A stretch of DNA of 64,000 nucleotides from the human T2T-CHM13v2.0 reference genome, Homo sapiens, in NCBI RefSeq assembly GCF_009914755.1, contig NC_060935.1; one strand, given 5' to 3'. The position numbers and the translations under genes were made by a program. Shown piece by piece: positions 36,401 through 51,030 of this stretch. The number at the start of each line of letters is the position of its first letter. Position 1 is the first letter of the stretch. A model generated the notes under the pieces. It did not search any database. It was not told the DNA's origin and worked only from the letters and a program-made list of their open reading frames with translations.

Positions 36401-39400
36401 ACTTCATCTAAAAACCAAACGGAAGCATTCACAGACAATTCTTAGTGATCATTGGATTGAACTAACAGAGCTGAACATTCCTTTAGATGGCGCAGTTTCC
36501 AAACACACTTTCTGTAGAATCTGCAAGTGGATATTTGGACCTCTCTGAGGATTTCGTTGGAAACGGGATATACTTCCCAGAACTACACGGAAGCATTCTG
36601 AGAAACTTCTTTGTGATGTTTGCATTCAACTCACAGAGTTGAACCTTGCTTTCATAGTTCAGCTTTCAAACACTCTTTTTGTAGAATCTGCAAGTGGATA
36701 TTTGGACCACTTTGTGGCCTTCCTTCGAAACGGGTATATCTTCACATCAAAGCTAGACAGAAGCATTCTCAGAATGTTTCCTGTGATGACTGCATTCAAC
36801 TCACAGAGGTGAACAATCCTGCTGATGGAGCAGTTTTTAAACTCTCTTTCTTTGGATTCTGCAAGTGGATATGTGGACCTCTGTGAAGATTTCGTTGGAA
36901 AAGTGTTCATCTTCACAGAAAAACTAAACAGGAGCATTCTCAGAAACTGCTTTGTGATGTTTGTGTTCCACTTCAGGAATTGAACTTTCCTCTTGACAGA
37001 GCAGCTCTGAAACCCTCTTTTTCTAGAATCTGCAAGTGGACATTTGGAGGGCTTTGAGGCCTGTGGTGGAAAACGAAAATCTTCACATAAAAACTAGATG
37101 GAAGCATTCTCAGAAACTACTTTGTGATGATTGCATTCGACTCACAGAGTTGAACATTCCTATAGAGAGAGCAGGTTGTAAACAATCTTTTTGTAGAATC
37201 TGAGATTGGAGATTTGGACTGCTTTGAGGCCTACTGTAGTAAAGGAAATAACTTCATTTAAAAACCAAACGGAAGCATTCACAGACAATTCTTAGTGATC
37301 ATTGGATTGAACTAACAGAGCTGAACATTCCTTTAGATGGAGCAGTTTCCAAACACACTTTCTGTAGAATCTGCAAGTGGATATTTGGACCTCTCTGAGG
37401 ATTTCGTTGGAAACGGGATAAACTTCCCAGAACTACACGGAAGCATTCTGAGAAACTTCTTTGTGATGTTTTCATTCAACTCACAGAGTTGAACCTTGCT
37501 TTCATAGTTCAGCTTTCAAACACTCTTTTTGTAGAATCTGCAAGTGGATATTTGGACCACTTTGTGGCCTTCCTTCGAAACGGGTATATCTTCACATCAA
37601 ACCTAGACAGAAGCATTCTCAGAATGTTTCCTGTGATGACTGCATTCAACTCACAGAGGTGAACAATCCTGTTGATGGAGCAGTTTTGAAACTGTCTTTC
37701 TTTGGATTCTGCAAGTGGATATGTGGACCTCTGTGAAGATTTCGTTGGAAACGGGTTCATCTTCACAGAAAAACTAAACAGGAGCATTCTCAGAAACTGC
37801 TTTGTGATGTTTGTGTTCCACTTCAGGAATTGAACTTTCCTCTTGACAGAGCAGCTCTGAAACCCTCTTTTTCTAGAATCTGCAAGTGGACATTTGGAGG
37901 GCTTTGAGTCCTGTGGTGGAAAAGGAAAATCTTCACATAAAAACTAGATGGAAGCATTCTCAGAAACTACTTTGTGATGATTGCATTCGACTCACAGAGT
38001 TGAACATTCCTATAGATAGAGCAGGTTGTAAACAATCTTTTTGTAGAATCTGCGATTGGAGATTTGGACTGCTTTGAGGCCTACTGTAGTAAAGGAAATA
38101 ACTTCATCTAAAAACCAAACGGAAGCATTCACAGACAATTCTTAGTGATCATTGGATTGAACTAACAGAGCTGAACATTCCTTTAGATGGCGCAGTTTCC
38201 AAACACACTTTCTGTAGAATCTGCAAGTGGACATTTGGACCTCTCTGAGGATTTCGTTGGAAACGGGATAAACTTCCCAGAACTACACGGAAGCATTCTG
38301 AGAAACTTCTTTGTGATGTTTGCATTCAACTCACAGAGTTGAACATGGTTTCATAGTTCAGCTTTCAAACACTCTTTTTGTAGAATCTGCAAGTGGATAT
38401 TTGGACCACTTTGTGGCCTTCCTTCGAAACGGGTATATCTTCACATCAAACCTAGACAGAAGCATTCTCAGAATGTTTCCTGTGATGACTGCATTCAACT
38501 CACAGAGGTGAACAATCCTGCTGATGGAGCAGTTTTGAAACTCTCTTTCTTTGGATTCTGCAAGTGGATATGTGGACCTCTGTGAAGATTTCGTTGGAAA
38601 CGGGTTCATCTTCACAGAAAAACTAAACAGGAGCATTCTCAGAAACTGATTTGTGATGTTTGTGTTCCACTTCAGGAATTGAACTTTCCTCTTGACAGAG
38701 CAGCTCTGAAACCCTCTTTTCTAGAATCTGCAAGTGGACATTTGGAGGGCTTTGAGGCCTGTGGTGGAAAAGGAAAATCTTCACATAAAAACTAGATGGA
38801 AGCATTCTCAGAAACTACTTTGTGATGATTGCATTCGACTCACAGAGTTGAACATTCCTATAGATAGAGCAGGTTGTAAACAATCTTTTCGTAGAATCTG
38901 CGATTGGAGATTTGGACTGCTTTGAGGCCTACTGTAGTAAAGGAAATAACTTCATCTAAAAACCAAACGGAAGCATTCACAGACAATTCTTAGTGATCAT
39001 TGGATTGAACTAACAGAGCTGAACATTCCTTTAGATGGAGCAGTTTCCAAACACACTTTCTGTAGAATCTGCCAGTGGATATTTTGACCTCTCTGAGGGT
39101 TTCGTTGGAAAAGGGATAAACTTCCCAAAACTACACGGAAGCATTCTGAGAAACTTCTTTGTGATGTTTGCATTCAACTCACAGAGTTGAACCTTGCTTT
39201 CATAGTTCAGCTTTCAAACACTCTTTTTGTAGAATCTGCAAGTGGATATTTGGACCACTTTGTGGCCTTCCTTCGAAACGGGTATATCTTCACATCAAAG
39301 CTAGACAGAAGCATTCTCAGAATGTTTCCTGTGATGACTGCATTCAACTCACAGAGGTGAACAATCCTGCTGATGGAGCAGTTTTGAAACTGTCTTTCTT

Positions 39401-42400
39401 TGGATTCTGCAAGTGGATATGTGGACCTCTGTGAAGATTTCGTTGGAAAAGTGTTCATCTTCACAGAAAAACTAAACAGGAGCATTCTCAGAAACTGCTT
39501 TGTGATGTTTGTGTTCCACTTCAGGAATTGAACTTTCCTCTTGACAGAGCAGCTCTGAAACCCTCTTTTTCTAGAATCTGCAAGTGGACATTTGGAGGGC
39601 TTTGAGGCCTGTGGTGGAAAAGGAAAATCTTCACATAAAAACTAGATGGAAGCATTCTCAGAAACTACTTTGTGATGATTGCATTCGACTCACAGAGTTG
39701 AACATTCCTATAGATAGAGCAGGTTGTAAACAATCTTTTTGTAGAATCTGCGATTGGAGATTTGGACTGCTTTGAGGCCTACTGTAGTAAAGGAAATAAC
39801 TTCATCTAAAAACCAAACGGAAGCATTCACAGACAATTCTTAGTGATCATTGGATTGAACTAACAGAGCTGAACATTCCTTTAGATGGCGCAGTTTCCAA
39901 ACACACTTTCTGTAGAATCTGCAAGTGGACATTTGGACCTCTCTGAGGATTTCGTTGGAAACGGGATAAACTTCCCAGAACTACACGGAAGCATTCTGAG
40001 AAACTTCTTTGTGATGTTTGCATTCAACTCACAGAGTTGAACATGGTTTCATAGTTCAGCTTTCAAACACTCTTTTTGTAGAATCTGCAAGTGGATATTT
40101 GGACCACTTTGTGGCCTTCCTTCGAAACGGGTATATCTTCACATCAAACCTAGACAGAAGCATTCTCAGAATGTTTCCTGTGATGACTGCATTCAACTCA
40201 CAGAGGTGAACAATCCTGCTGATGGAGCAGTTTTGAAACTCTCTTTCTTTGGATTCTGCAAGTGGATATGTGGACCTCTGTGAAGATTTCGTTGGAAACG
40301 GGTTCATCTTCATAGAAAAACTAAACAGGAGCATTCTCAGAAACTGATTTGTGATGTTTGTGTTCCACTTCAGGAATTGAACTTTCCTCTTGACAGAGCA
40401 GCTCTGAAACCCTCTTTTCTAGAATCTGCAAGTGGACATTTGGAGGGCTTTGAGGCCTGTGGTGGAAAAGGAAAATCTTCACATAAAAACTAGATGGAAG
40501 CATTCTCAGAAACTACTTTGTGATGATTGCATTCGACTCACAGAGTTGAACATTCCTATAGATAGAGCAGGTTGTAAACAATCTTTTCGTAGAATCTGCG
40601 ATTGGAGATTTGGACTGCTTTGAGGCCTACTGTAGTAAAGGAAATAACTTCATCTAAAAACCAAACGGAAGCATTCACAGACAATTCTTAGTGATCATTG
40701 GATTGAACTAACAGAGCTGAACATTCCTTTAGATGGAGCAGTTTCCAAACACACTTTCTGTAGAATCTGCCAGTGGATATTTTGACCTCTCTGAGGGTTT
40801 CGTTGGAAAAGGGATAAACTTCCCAAAACTACACGGAAGCATTCTGAGAAACTTCTTTGTGATGTTTGCATTCAACTCACAGGGTTGAAACTTGCTTTCA
40901 TAGTTCAGCTTTCAAACACTCTTTTTGTAGAATCTGCAAGTGGATATTTGGACCACTTTGTGGCCTTCCTTCGAAACGGGTATATCTTCACATCAAACCT
41001 AGACAGAAGCATTCTCAGAATGTTTCCTGTGATGACTGCATTCAACTCTCAGAGGTGAACAATCCTGTTGATGGAGCAGTTTTGAAACTCTCTTTCTTTG
41101 GATTCTGCAAGTGGGTATGTGGACCTCTGTGAAGATTTCGTTGGAAACGGGTTCATCTTCACAGAAAAACTAAACAGGAGCATTCTCAGAAACTGCTTTG
41201 TGATGTTTGTGTTCCACTTTAGGAATTGAACTTTCCTCTTGACAGAGCAGCTCTGAAACCCTCTTTTTCTAGAATCTGCAAGTGGACATTTGGAGGGCTT
41301 TGAGCCCTGTGGTGGAAAAGGAAAATCTTCACATAAAAACTAGATGGAATCATTCTCAGAAACTACTTTGTGATGATTGCATTCGACTCACAGAGTTGAA
41401 CATTCCTATAGATAGAGCAGGTTGTAAACAATCTTTTTGTAGAATCTGCGATTGGAGATTTGGACTGCTTTGAGGCCTACTGTAGTAAAGGAAAGAACTT
41501 CATCTAAAAACCAAACGGAAGCATTCACAGACAATTCTTAGTGATCATTGGATTGAACTAACAGAGCTGAACATTCCTATAGATGGAGCAGTTTCCAAAC
41601 ACACTTTCTGTAGAATCTGCAAGTGGATATTTGGACCTCTCTGAGGATTTCGTTGGAAACGGGATAAACTTCCCAGAACTACACGGAAGCATTCTGAGAA
41701 TGTTCTTTGTGATGTTTGCATTCAACTCACAGAGTTGAACATGGCTTTCATATTTCAGCTTTCAAACACTCTTTTTGTAGAATCTGCAAGTGGATATTTG
41801 GACCACTTTGTGGCCTTCCTTCGAAACGGGTATATCTTCACATCAAACCTAGACAGAAGCATTCTCAGAATGTTTCCTGTGATGACTGCATTCAACTCAC
41901 AGAGGTGAAAAATCCTGTTGATGGAGCAGTTTTGAAACTCTCTTTCTTTGGATTCTGCAAGTGGATATGTGGACCTCTGTGAAGATTTCGTTGGAAACGG
42001 GTTCATCTTCACAGAAAAACTAAACAGGAGCATTCTCAGAAACTGCTTTGTGATGTTTGTGTTCCACTTCAAGAATTGAACTTTCCTCTTGACAGAGCAG
42101 CTCTGAAACCCTCTTTTTCTAGAATCTGCAAGTGGACATTTGGAGGGCTTTGAGGCCTGTGGTGGAAAAGGAAAATCTTCACATAAAAACTAGATGGAAG
42201 CATTCTCAGAAACTACTTTGTGATGATTGCATTCGACCCACAGAGTTGAACATTCCTATAGATAGAGCAGGTTGTAAAGAATCTTTTTGTAGAATCTGCG
42301 ATTGGAGATTTGCACTGCTTTGAGGCCTACTGTAGTAAAGGAAATAACTTCATCTAAAAACCAAACGGAAGCATTCAGAGACAATTCTTAGTGATCATTG

Positions 42401-45400
42401 GATTGAACTAACAGAGCTGAACATGCCTTTAGATGGCGCAGTTTCCAAACACACTTTCTGTAGAATCTGCAAGTGGATATTTGGACCTCTCTGAGGATTT
42501 CGTTGGAAACGGGATAAACTTCCCAGAACTACACGGAAGCATTCCGAGAAACTTCTTTGTGATGTTTGCATTCAACTCACAGAGTTGAACCTTGCTTTCA
42601 TAGTTCAGCTTTCAAACACTCTTTTTGTAGAATCTGCAAGTGGATATTTGGACCACTTTGTGGCCTTCCTTCGAAACGGGTATATCTTCACATCAAACCT
42701 AGACAGAAGCATTCTCAGAATGTTTCCTGTGATGACTGCATTCAACTCACAGAGGTGAACAATCCTGTTGATGGAGCAGTTTTGAAACTGTCTTTCTTTG
42801 GATTCTGCAAGTGGATATGTGGACCTCTGTGAAGATTTCGTTGGAAACGGGTTCATCTTCACAGAAAAACTAAACAGGAGCATTCTCAGAAACTGCTTTG
42901 TGATGTTTGTGTTCCACTTCAGGAATTGAACTTTCCTCTTGACAGAGCAGCTCTGAAACCCTCTTTTTCTAGAATCTGCAAGTGGACATTTGGAGGGCTT
43001 TGAGTCCTGTGGTGGAAAAGGAAAATCTTCACATAAAAACTAGATGGAAGCATTCTCAGAAACTACTTTGTGATGATTGCATTCGACTCACGGAGTTGAA
43101 CATTCCTATAGATAGAGCAGGTTGTAAACAATCTTTTTGTAGAATCTGCGATTGGAGATTTGGACTGCTTTGAGGCCTACTGTAGTAAAGGAAATAACTT
43201 CATCTAAAAACCAAACGGAAGCATTCACAGACAATTCTTAGTGATCATTGGATTGAACTAACAGAGCTGAACATTCCTTTAGATGGAGCAGTTTCCAAAC
43301 ACACTTTCTGTAGAATCTGCAAGTGGACATTTGGACCTCTCTGAGGATTTCGTTGGAAACGGGATAAACTTCCCAGAACTACACGGAAGCATTCTGAGAA
43401 ACTTCTTTGTGATGTTTGCATTCAACTCACAGAGTTGAACCTTGCTTTCATAGTTCAGCTTTCAAACACTCTTTTTGTACAATCTGCAAGTGGATATTTG
43501 GACCACTTTGTGGCCTTCCTTCGAAACGGGTATATCTTCACATCAAACCTAGACAGAAGCATTCTCAGAATGTTTCCTGTGATGACTGCATTCAACTCAC
43601 AGAGGTGAACAATCCTGCTGATGGAGCAGTTTTGAAACTCTCTTTCTTTGGATTCTGCAAGTGGATATGTGGACCTCTGTGAAGATTTCGTTGGAAACGG
43701 GTTCATCTTCACAGAAAAACTAAACAGGAGCATTCTCAGAAACTGCTTTGTGATGTTTGTGTTCCACTTCAGGAATTGAACTTTCCTCTTGACAGAGCAG
43801 CTCTGAAACCCTCTTTTCTAGAATCTGCAAGTGGACATTTGGAGGGCTTTGAGGCCTGTGGTGGAAAAGGAAAATCTTCACATAAAAACTAGATGGAAGC
43901 ATTCTCAGAAACTACTTTGTGATGATTGCATTCGACTCACAGAGTTGAACATTCCTATAGATAGAGCAGGTTGTAAACAATCTTTTCGTAGAATCTGCGA
44001 TTGGAGATTTGGACTGCTTTGAGGCCTACTGTAGTAAAGGAAATAACTTCATCTAAAAACCAAACGGAAGCATTCACAGACAATTCTTAGTGATCATTGG
44101 ATTGAACTAACAGAGCTGAACATTCCTTTAGATGGAGCAGTTTCCAAACACACTTTCTGTAGAATCTGCCAGTGGATATTTTGACCTCTCTGAGGATTTC
44201 GTTGGAAAAGGGATAAACTTCCCAAAACTACACGGAAGCATTCTGAGAAACTTCTTTGTGATGTTTGCATTCAACTCACAGGGTTGAAACTTGCTTTCAT
44301 AGTTCAGCTTTCAAACACTCTTTTTGTAGAATCTGCAAGTGGATATTTGGACCACTTTGTGGCCTTCCTTCGAAACGGGTATATCTTCACATCAAACCTA
44401 GACAGAAGCATTCTCAGAATGTTTCCTGTGATGACTGCATTCAACTCACAGAGGTGAACAATCCTGTTGATGGAGCAGTTTTGAAACTCTCTTTCTTTGG
44501 ATTCTGCAAGTGGATATGTGGACCTCTGTGAAGATTTCGTTGGAAACGGGTTCATCTTCACAGAAAAACTAAACAGGAGCATTCTCAGAAACTGCTTTGT
44601 GATGTTTGTGTTCCACTTCAGGAATTGAACTTTCCTCTTGACAGAGCAGCTCTGAAACCCTCTTTTTCTAGAATCTGCAAGTGGACATTTGGAGGGCTTT
44701 GAGGCCTGTGGTGGAAAAGGAAAATCTTCACATAAAAACTAGATGGAAGCATTCTCAGAAACTACTTTGTGATGATTGCATTCGACTCACAGAGTTGAAC
44801 ATTCCTATAGATAGAGCAGGTTGTAAACAATCTTTTTGTAGAATCTGCGATTGGAGATTTGGACTGCTTTGAGGCGTACTGTAGTAAAGGAAATAACTTC
44901 ATCTAAAAACCAAACGGAAGCATTCACAGACAATTCTTAGTGATCATTGGATTGAACTAACAGAGCTGAACATTCCTTTAGATGGCGCAGTTTCCAAACA
45001 CACTTTCTGTAGAATCTGCAAGTGGATATTTGGACCTCTCTGAGGATTTCGTTGGAAACGGGATATACTTCCCAGAACTACACGGAAGCATTCTGAGAAA
45101 CTTCTTTGTGATGTTTGCATTCAACTCACAGAGTTGAACCTTGCTTTCATAGTTCAGCTTTCAAACACTCTTTTTGTAGAATCTGCAAGTGGATATTTGG
45201 ACCACTTTGTGGCCTTCCTTCGAAACGGGTATATCTTCACATCAAAGCTAGACAGAAGCATTCTCAGAATGTTTCCTGTGATGACTGCATTCAACTCACA
45301 GAGGTGAACAATCCTGCTGATGGAGCAGTTTTTAAACTCTCTTTCTTTGGATTCTGCAAGTGGATATGTGGACCTCTGTGAAGATTTCGTTGGAAAAGTG

Positions 45401-48400
45401 TTCATCTTCACAGAAAAACTAAACAGGAGCATTCTCAGAAACTGCTTTGTGATGTTTGTGTTCCACTTCAGGAATTGAACTTTCCTCTTGACAGAGCAGC
45501 TCTGAAACCCTCTTTTTCTAGAATCTGCAAGTGGACATTTGGAGGGCTTTGAGGCCTGTGGTGGAAAACGAAAATCTTCACATAAAAACTAGATGGAAGC
45601 ATTCTCAGAAACTACTTTGTGATGATTGCATTCGACTCACAGAGTTGAACATTCCTATAGAGAGAGCAGGTTGTAAACAATCTTTTTGTAGAATCTGAGA
45701 TTGGAGATTTGGACTGCTTTGAGGCCTACTGTAGTAAAGGAAATAACTTCATTTAAAAACCAAACGGAAGCATTCACAGACAATTCTTAGTGATCATTGG
45801 ATTGAACTAACAGAGCTGAACATTCCTTTAGATGGAGCAGTTTCCAAACACACTTTCTGTAGAATCTGCAAGTGGATATTTGGACCTCTCTGAGGATTTC
45901 GTTGGAAACGGGATAAACTTCCCAGAACTACACGGAAGCATTCTGAGAAACTTCTTTGTGATGTTTTCATTCAACTCACAGAGTTGAACCTTGCTTTCAT
46001 AGTTCAGCTTTCAAACACTCTTTTTGTAGAATCTGCAAGTGGATATTTGGACCACTTTGTGGCCTTCCTTCGAAACGGGTATATCTTCACATCAAACCTA
46101 GACAGAAGCATTCTCAGAATGTTTCCTGTGATGACTGCATTCAACTCACAGAGGTGAACAATCCTGTTGATGGAGCAGTTTTGAAACTGTCTTTCTTTGG
46201 ATTCTGCAAGTGGATATGTGGACCTCTGTGAAGATTTCGTTGGAAACGGGTTCATCTTCACAGAAAAACTAAACAGGAGCATTCTCAGAAACTGCTTTGT
46301 GATGTTTGTGTTCCACTTCAGGAATTGAACTTTCCTCTTGACAGAGCAGCTCTGAAACCCTCTTTTTCTAGAATCTGCAAGTGGACATTTGGAGGGCTTT
46401 GAGTCCTGTGGTGGAAAAGGAAAATCTTCACATAAAAACTAGATGGAAGCATTCTCAGAAACTACTTTGTGATGATTGCATTCGACTCACAGAGTTGAAC
46501 ATTCCTATAGATAGAGCAGGTTGTAAACAATCTTTTTGTAGAATCTGCGATTGGAGATTTGGACTGCTTTGAGGCCTACTGTAGTAAAGGAAATAACTTC
46601 ATCTAAAAACCAAACGGAAGCATTCACAGACAATTCTTAGTGATCATTGGATTGAACTAACAGAGCTGAACATTCCTTTAGATGGCGCAGTTTCCAAACA
46701 CACTTTCTGTAGAATCTGCAAGTGGACATTTGGACCTCTCTGAGGATTTCGTTGGAAACGGGATAAACTTCCCAGAACTACACGGAAGCATTCTGAGAAA
46801 CTTCTTTGTGATGTTTGCATTCAACTCACAGAGTTGAACATGGTTTCATAGTTCAGCTTTCAAACACTCTTTTTGTAGAATCTGCAAGTGGATATTTGGA
46901 CCACTTTGTGGCCTTCCTTCGAAACGGGTATATCTTCACATCAAACCTAGACAGAAGCATTCTCAGAATGTTTCCTGTGATGACTGCATTCAACTCACAG
47001 AGGTGAACAATCCTGCTGATGGAGCAGTTTTGAAACTCTCTTTCTTTGGATTCTGCAAGTGGATATGTGGACCTCTGTGAAGATTTCGTTGGAAACGGGT
47101 TCATCTTCACAGAAAAACTAAACAGGAGCATTCTCAGAAACTGATTTGTGATGTTTGTGTTCCACTTCAGGAATTGAACTTTCCTCTTGACAGAGCAGCT
47201 CTGAAACCCTCTTTTCTAGAATCTGCAAGTGGACATTTGGAGGGCTTTGAGGCCTGTGGTGGAAAAGGAAAATCTTCACATAAAAACTAGATGGAAGCAT
47301 TCTCAGAAACTACTTTGTGATGATTGCATTCGACTCACAGAGTTGAACATTCCTATAGATAGAGCAGGTTGTAAACAATCTTTTCGTAGAATCTGCGATT
47401 GGAGATTTGGACTGCTTTGAGGCCTACTGTAGTAAAGGAAATAACTTCATCTAAAAACCAAACGGAAGCATTCACAGACAATTCTTAGTGATCATTGGAT
47501 TGAACTAACAGAGCTGAACATTCCTTTAGATGGAGCAGTTTCCAAACACACTTTCTGTAGAATCTGCCAGTGGATATTTTGACCTCTCTGAGGGTTTCGT
47601 TGGAAAAGGGATAAACTTCCCAAAACTACACGGAAGCATTCTGAGAAACTTCTTTGTGATGTTTGCATTCAACTCACAGAGTTGAACCTTGCTTTCATAG
47701 TTCAGCTTTCAAACACTCTTTTTGTAGAATCTGCAAGTGGATATTTGGACCACTTTGTGGCCTTCCTTCGAAACGGGTATATCTTCACATCAAAGCTAGA
47801 CAGAAGCATTCTCAGAATGTTTCCTGTGATGACTGCATTCAACTCACAGAGGTGAACAATCCTGCTGATGGAGCAGTTTTGAAACTGTCTTTCTTTGGAT
47901 TCTGCAAGTGGATATGTGGACCTCTGTGAAGATTTCGTTGGAAAAGTGTTCATCTTCACAGAAAAACTAAACAGGAGCATTCTCAGAAACTGCTTTGTGA
48001 TGTTTGTGTTCCACTTCAGGAATTGAACTTTCCTCTTGACAGAGCAGCTCTGAAACCCTCTTTTTCTAGAATCTGCAAGTGGACATTTGGAGGGCTTTGA
48101 GGCCTGTGGTGGAAAAGGAAAATCTTCACATAAAAACTAGATGGAAGCATTCTCAGAAACTACTTTGTGATGATTGCATTCGACTCACAGAGTTGAACAT
48201 TCCTATAGATAGAGCAGGTTGTAAACAATCTTTTTGTAGAATCTGCGATTGGAGATTTGGACTGCTTTGAGGCCTACTGTAGTAAAGGAAATAACTTCAT
48301 CTAAAAACCAAACGGAAGCATTCACAGACAATTCTTAGTGATCATTGGATTGAACTAACAGAGCTGAACATTCCTTTAGATGGCGCAGTTTCCAAACACA

Positions 48401-51030
48401 CTTTCTGTAGAATCTGCAAGTGGACATTTGGACCTCTCTGAGGATTTCGTTGGAAACGGGATAAACTTCCCAGAACTACACGGAAGCATTCTGAGAAACT
48501 TCTTTGTGATGTTTGCATTCAACTCACAGAGTTGAACATGGTTTCATAGTTCAGCTTTCAAACACTCTTTTTGTAGAATCTGCAAGTGGATATTTGGACC
48601 ACTTTGTGGCCTTCCTTCGAAACGGGTATATCTTCACATCAAACCTAGACAGAAGCATTCTCAGAATGTTTCCTGTGATGACTGCATTCAACTCACAGAG
48701 GTGAACAATCCTGCTGATGGAGCAGTTTTGAAACTCTCTTTCTTTGGATTCTGCAAGTGGATATGTGGACCTCTGTGAAGATTTCGTTGGAAACGGGTTC
48801 ATCTTCATAGAAAAACTAAACAGGAGCATTCTCAGAAACTGATTTGTGATGTTTGTGTTCCACTTCAGGAATTGAACTTTCCTCTTGACAGAGCAGCTCT
48901 GAAACCCTCTTTTCTAGAATCTGCAAGTGGACATTTGGAGGGCTTTGAGGCCTGTGGTGGAAAAGGAAAATCTTCACATAAAAACTAGATGGAAGCATTC
49001 TCAGAAACTACTTTGTGATGATTGCATTCGACTCACAGAGTTGAACATTCCTATAGATAGAGCAGGTTGTAAACAATCTTTTCGTAGAATCTGCGATTGG
49101 AGATTTGGACTGCTTTGAGGCCTACTGTAGTAAAGGAAATAACTTCATCTAAAAACCAAACGGAAGCATTCACAGACAATTCTTAGTGATCATTGGATTG
49201 AACTAACAGAGCTGAACATTCCTTTAGATGGAGCAGTTTCCAAACACACTTTCTGTAGAATCTGCCAGTGGATATTTTGACCTCTCTGAGGGTTTCGTTG
49301 GAAAAGGGATAAACTTCCCAAAACTACACGGAAGCATTCTGAGAAACTTCTTTGTGATGTTTGCATTCAACTCACAGGGTTGAAACTTGCTTTCATAGTT
49401 CAGCTTTCAAACACTCTTTTTGTAGAATCTGCAAGTGGATATTTGGACCACTTTGTGGCCTTCCTTCGAAACGGGTATATCTTCACATCAAACCTAGACA
49501 GAAGCATTCTCAGAATGTTTCCTGTGATGACTGCATTCAACTCTCAGAGGTGAACAATCCTGTTGATGGAGCAGTTTTGAAACTCTCTTTCTTTGGATTC
49601 TGCAAGTGGGTATGTGGACCTCTGTGAAGATTTCGTTGGAAACGGGTTCATCTTCACAGAAAAACTAAACAGGAGCATTCTCAGAAACTGCTTTGTGATG
49701 TTTGTGTTCCACTTTAGGAATTGAACTTTCCTCTTGACAGAGCAGCTCTGAAACCCTCTTTTTCTAGAATCTGCAAGTGGACATTTGGAGGGCTTTGAGC
49801 CCTGTGGTGGAAAAGGAAAATCTTCACATAAAAACTAGATGGAATCATTCTCAGAAACTACTTTGTGATGATTGCATTCGACTCACAGAGTTGAACATTC
49901 CTATAGATAGAGCAGGTTGTAAACAATCTTTTTGTAGAATCTGCGATTGGAGATTTGGACTGCTTTGAGGCCTACTGTAGTAAAGGAAAGAACTTCATCT
50001 AAAAACCAAACGGAAGCATTCACAGACAATTCTTAGTGATCATTGGATTGAACTAACAGAGCTGAACATTCCTATAGATGGAGCAGTTTCCAAACACACT
50101 TTCTGTAGAATCTGCAAGTGGATATTTGGACCTCTCTGAGGATTTCGTTGGAAACGGGATAAACTTCCCAGAACTACACGGAAGCATTCTGAGAATGTTC
50201 TTTGTGATGTTTGCATTCAACTCACAGAGTTGAACATGGCTTTCATATTTCAGCTTTCAAACACTCTTTTTGTAGAATCTGCAAGTGGATATTTGGACCA
50301 CTTTGTGGCCTTCCTTCGAAACGGGTATATCTTCACATCAAACCTAGACAGAAGCATTCTCAGAATGTTTCCTGTGATGACTGCATTCAACTCACAGAGG
50401 TGAAAAATCCTGTTGATGGAGCAGTTTTGAAACTCTCTTTCTTTGGATTCTGCAAGTGGATATGTGGACCTCTGTGAAGATTTCGTTGGAAACGGGTTCA
50501 TCTTCACAGAAAAACTAAACAGGAGCATTCTCAGAAACTGCTTTGTGATGTTTGTGTTCCACTTCAAGAATTGAACTTTCCTCTTGACAGAGCAGCTCTG
50601 AAACCCTCTTTTTCTAGAATCTGCAAGTGGACATTTGGAGGGCTTTGAGGCCTGTGGTGGAAAAGGAAAATCTTCACATAAAAACTAGATGGAAGCATTC
50701 TCAGAAACTACTTTGTGATGATTGCATTCGACCCACAGAGTTGAACATTCCTATAGATAGAGCAGGTTGTAAAGAATCTTTTTGTAGAATCTGCGATTGG
50801 AGATTTGCACTGCTTTGAGGCCTACTGTAGTAAAGGAAATAACTTCATCTAAAAACCAAACGGAAGCATTCAGAGACAATTCTTAGTGATCATTGGATTG
50901 AACTAACAGAGCTGAACATGCCTTTAGATGGCGCAGTTTCCAAACACACTTTCTGTAGAATCTGCAAGTGGATATTTGGACCTCTCTGAGGATTTCGTTG
51001 GAAACGGGATAAACTTCCCAGAACTACACG
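33420..51030 (+). repeat. Tandem duplication of a 10-HOR block (period 8495 bp, ~2.07 copies)
   Basis: Every variant I checked recurs at +8495: CATTCCGAG 34050/42545, GAGGCGTAC ~36381/44876, TTTTTAA ~36838/45333, GTTTTCATT ~37472/45967, CATAGAAA ~40313/48808, GAGCCC ~41305/49800, and five 1-bp deletions. Confidence 0.95.
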
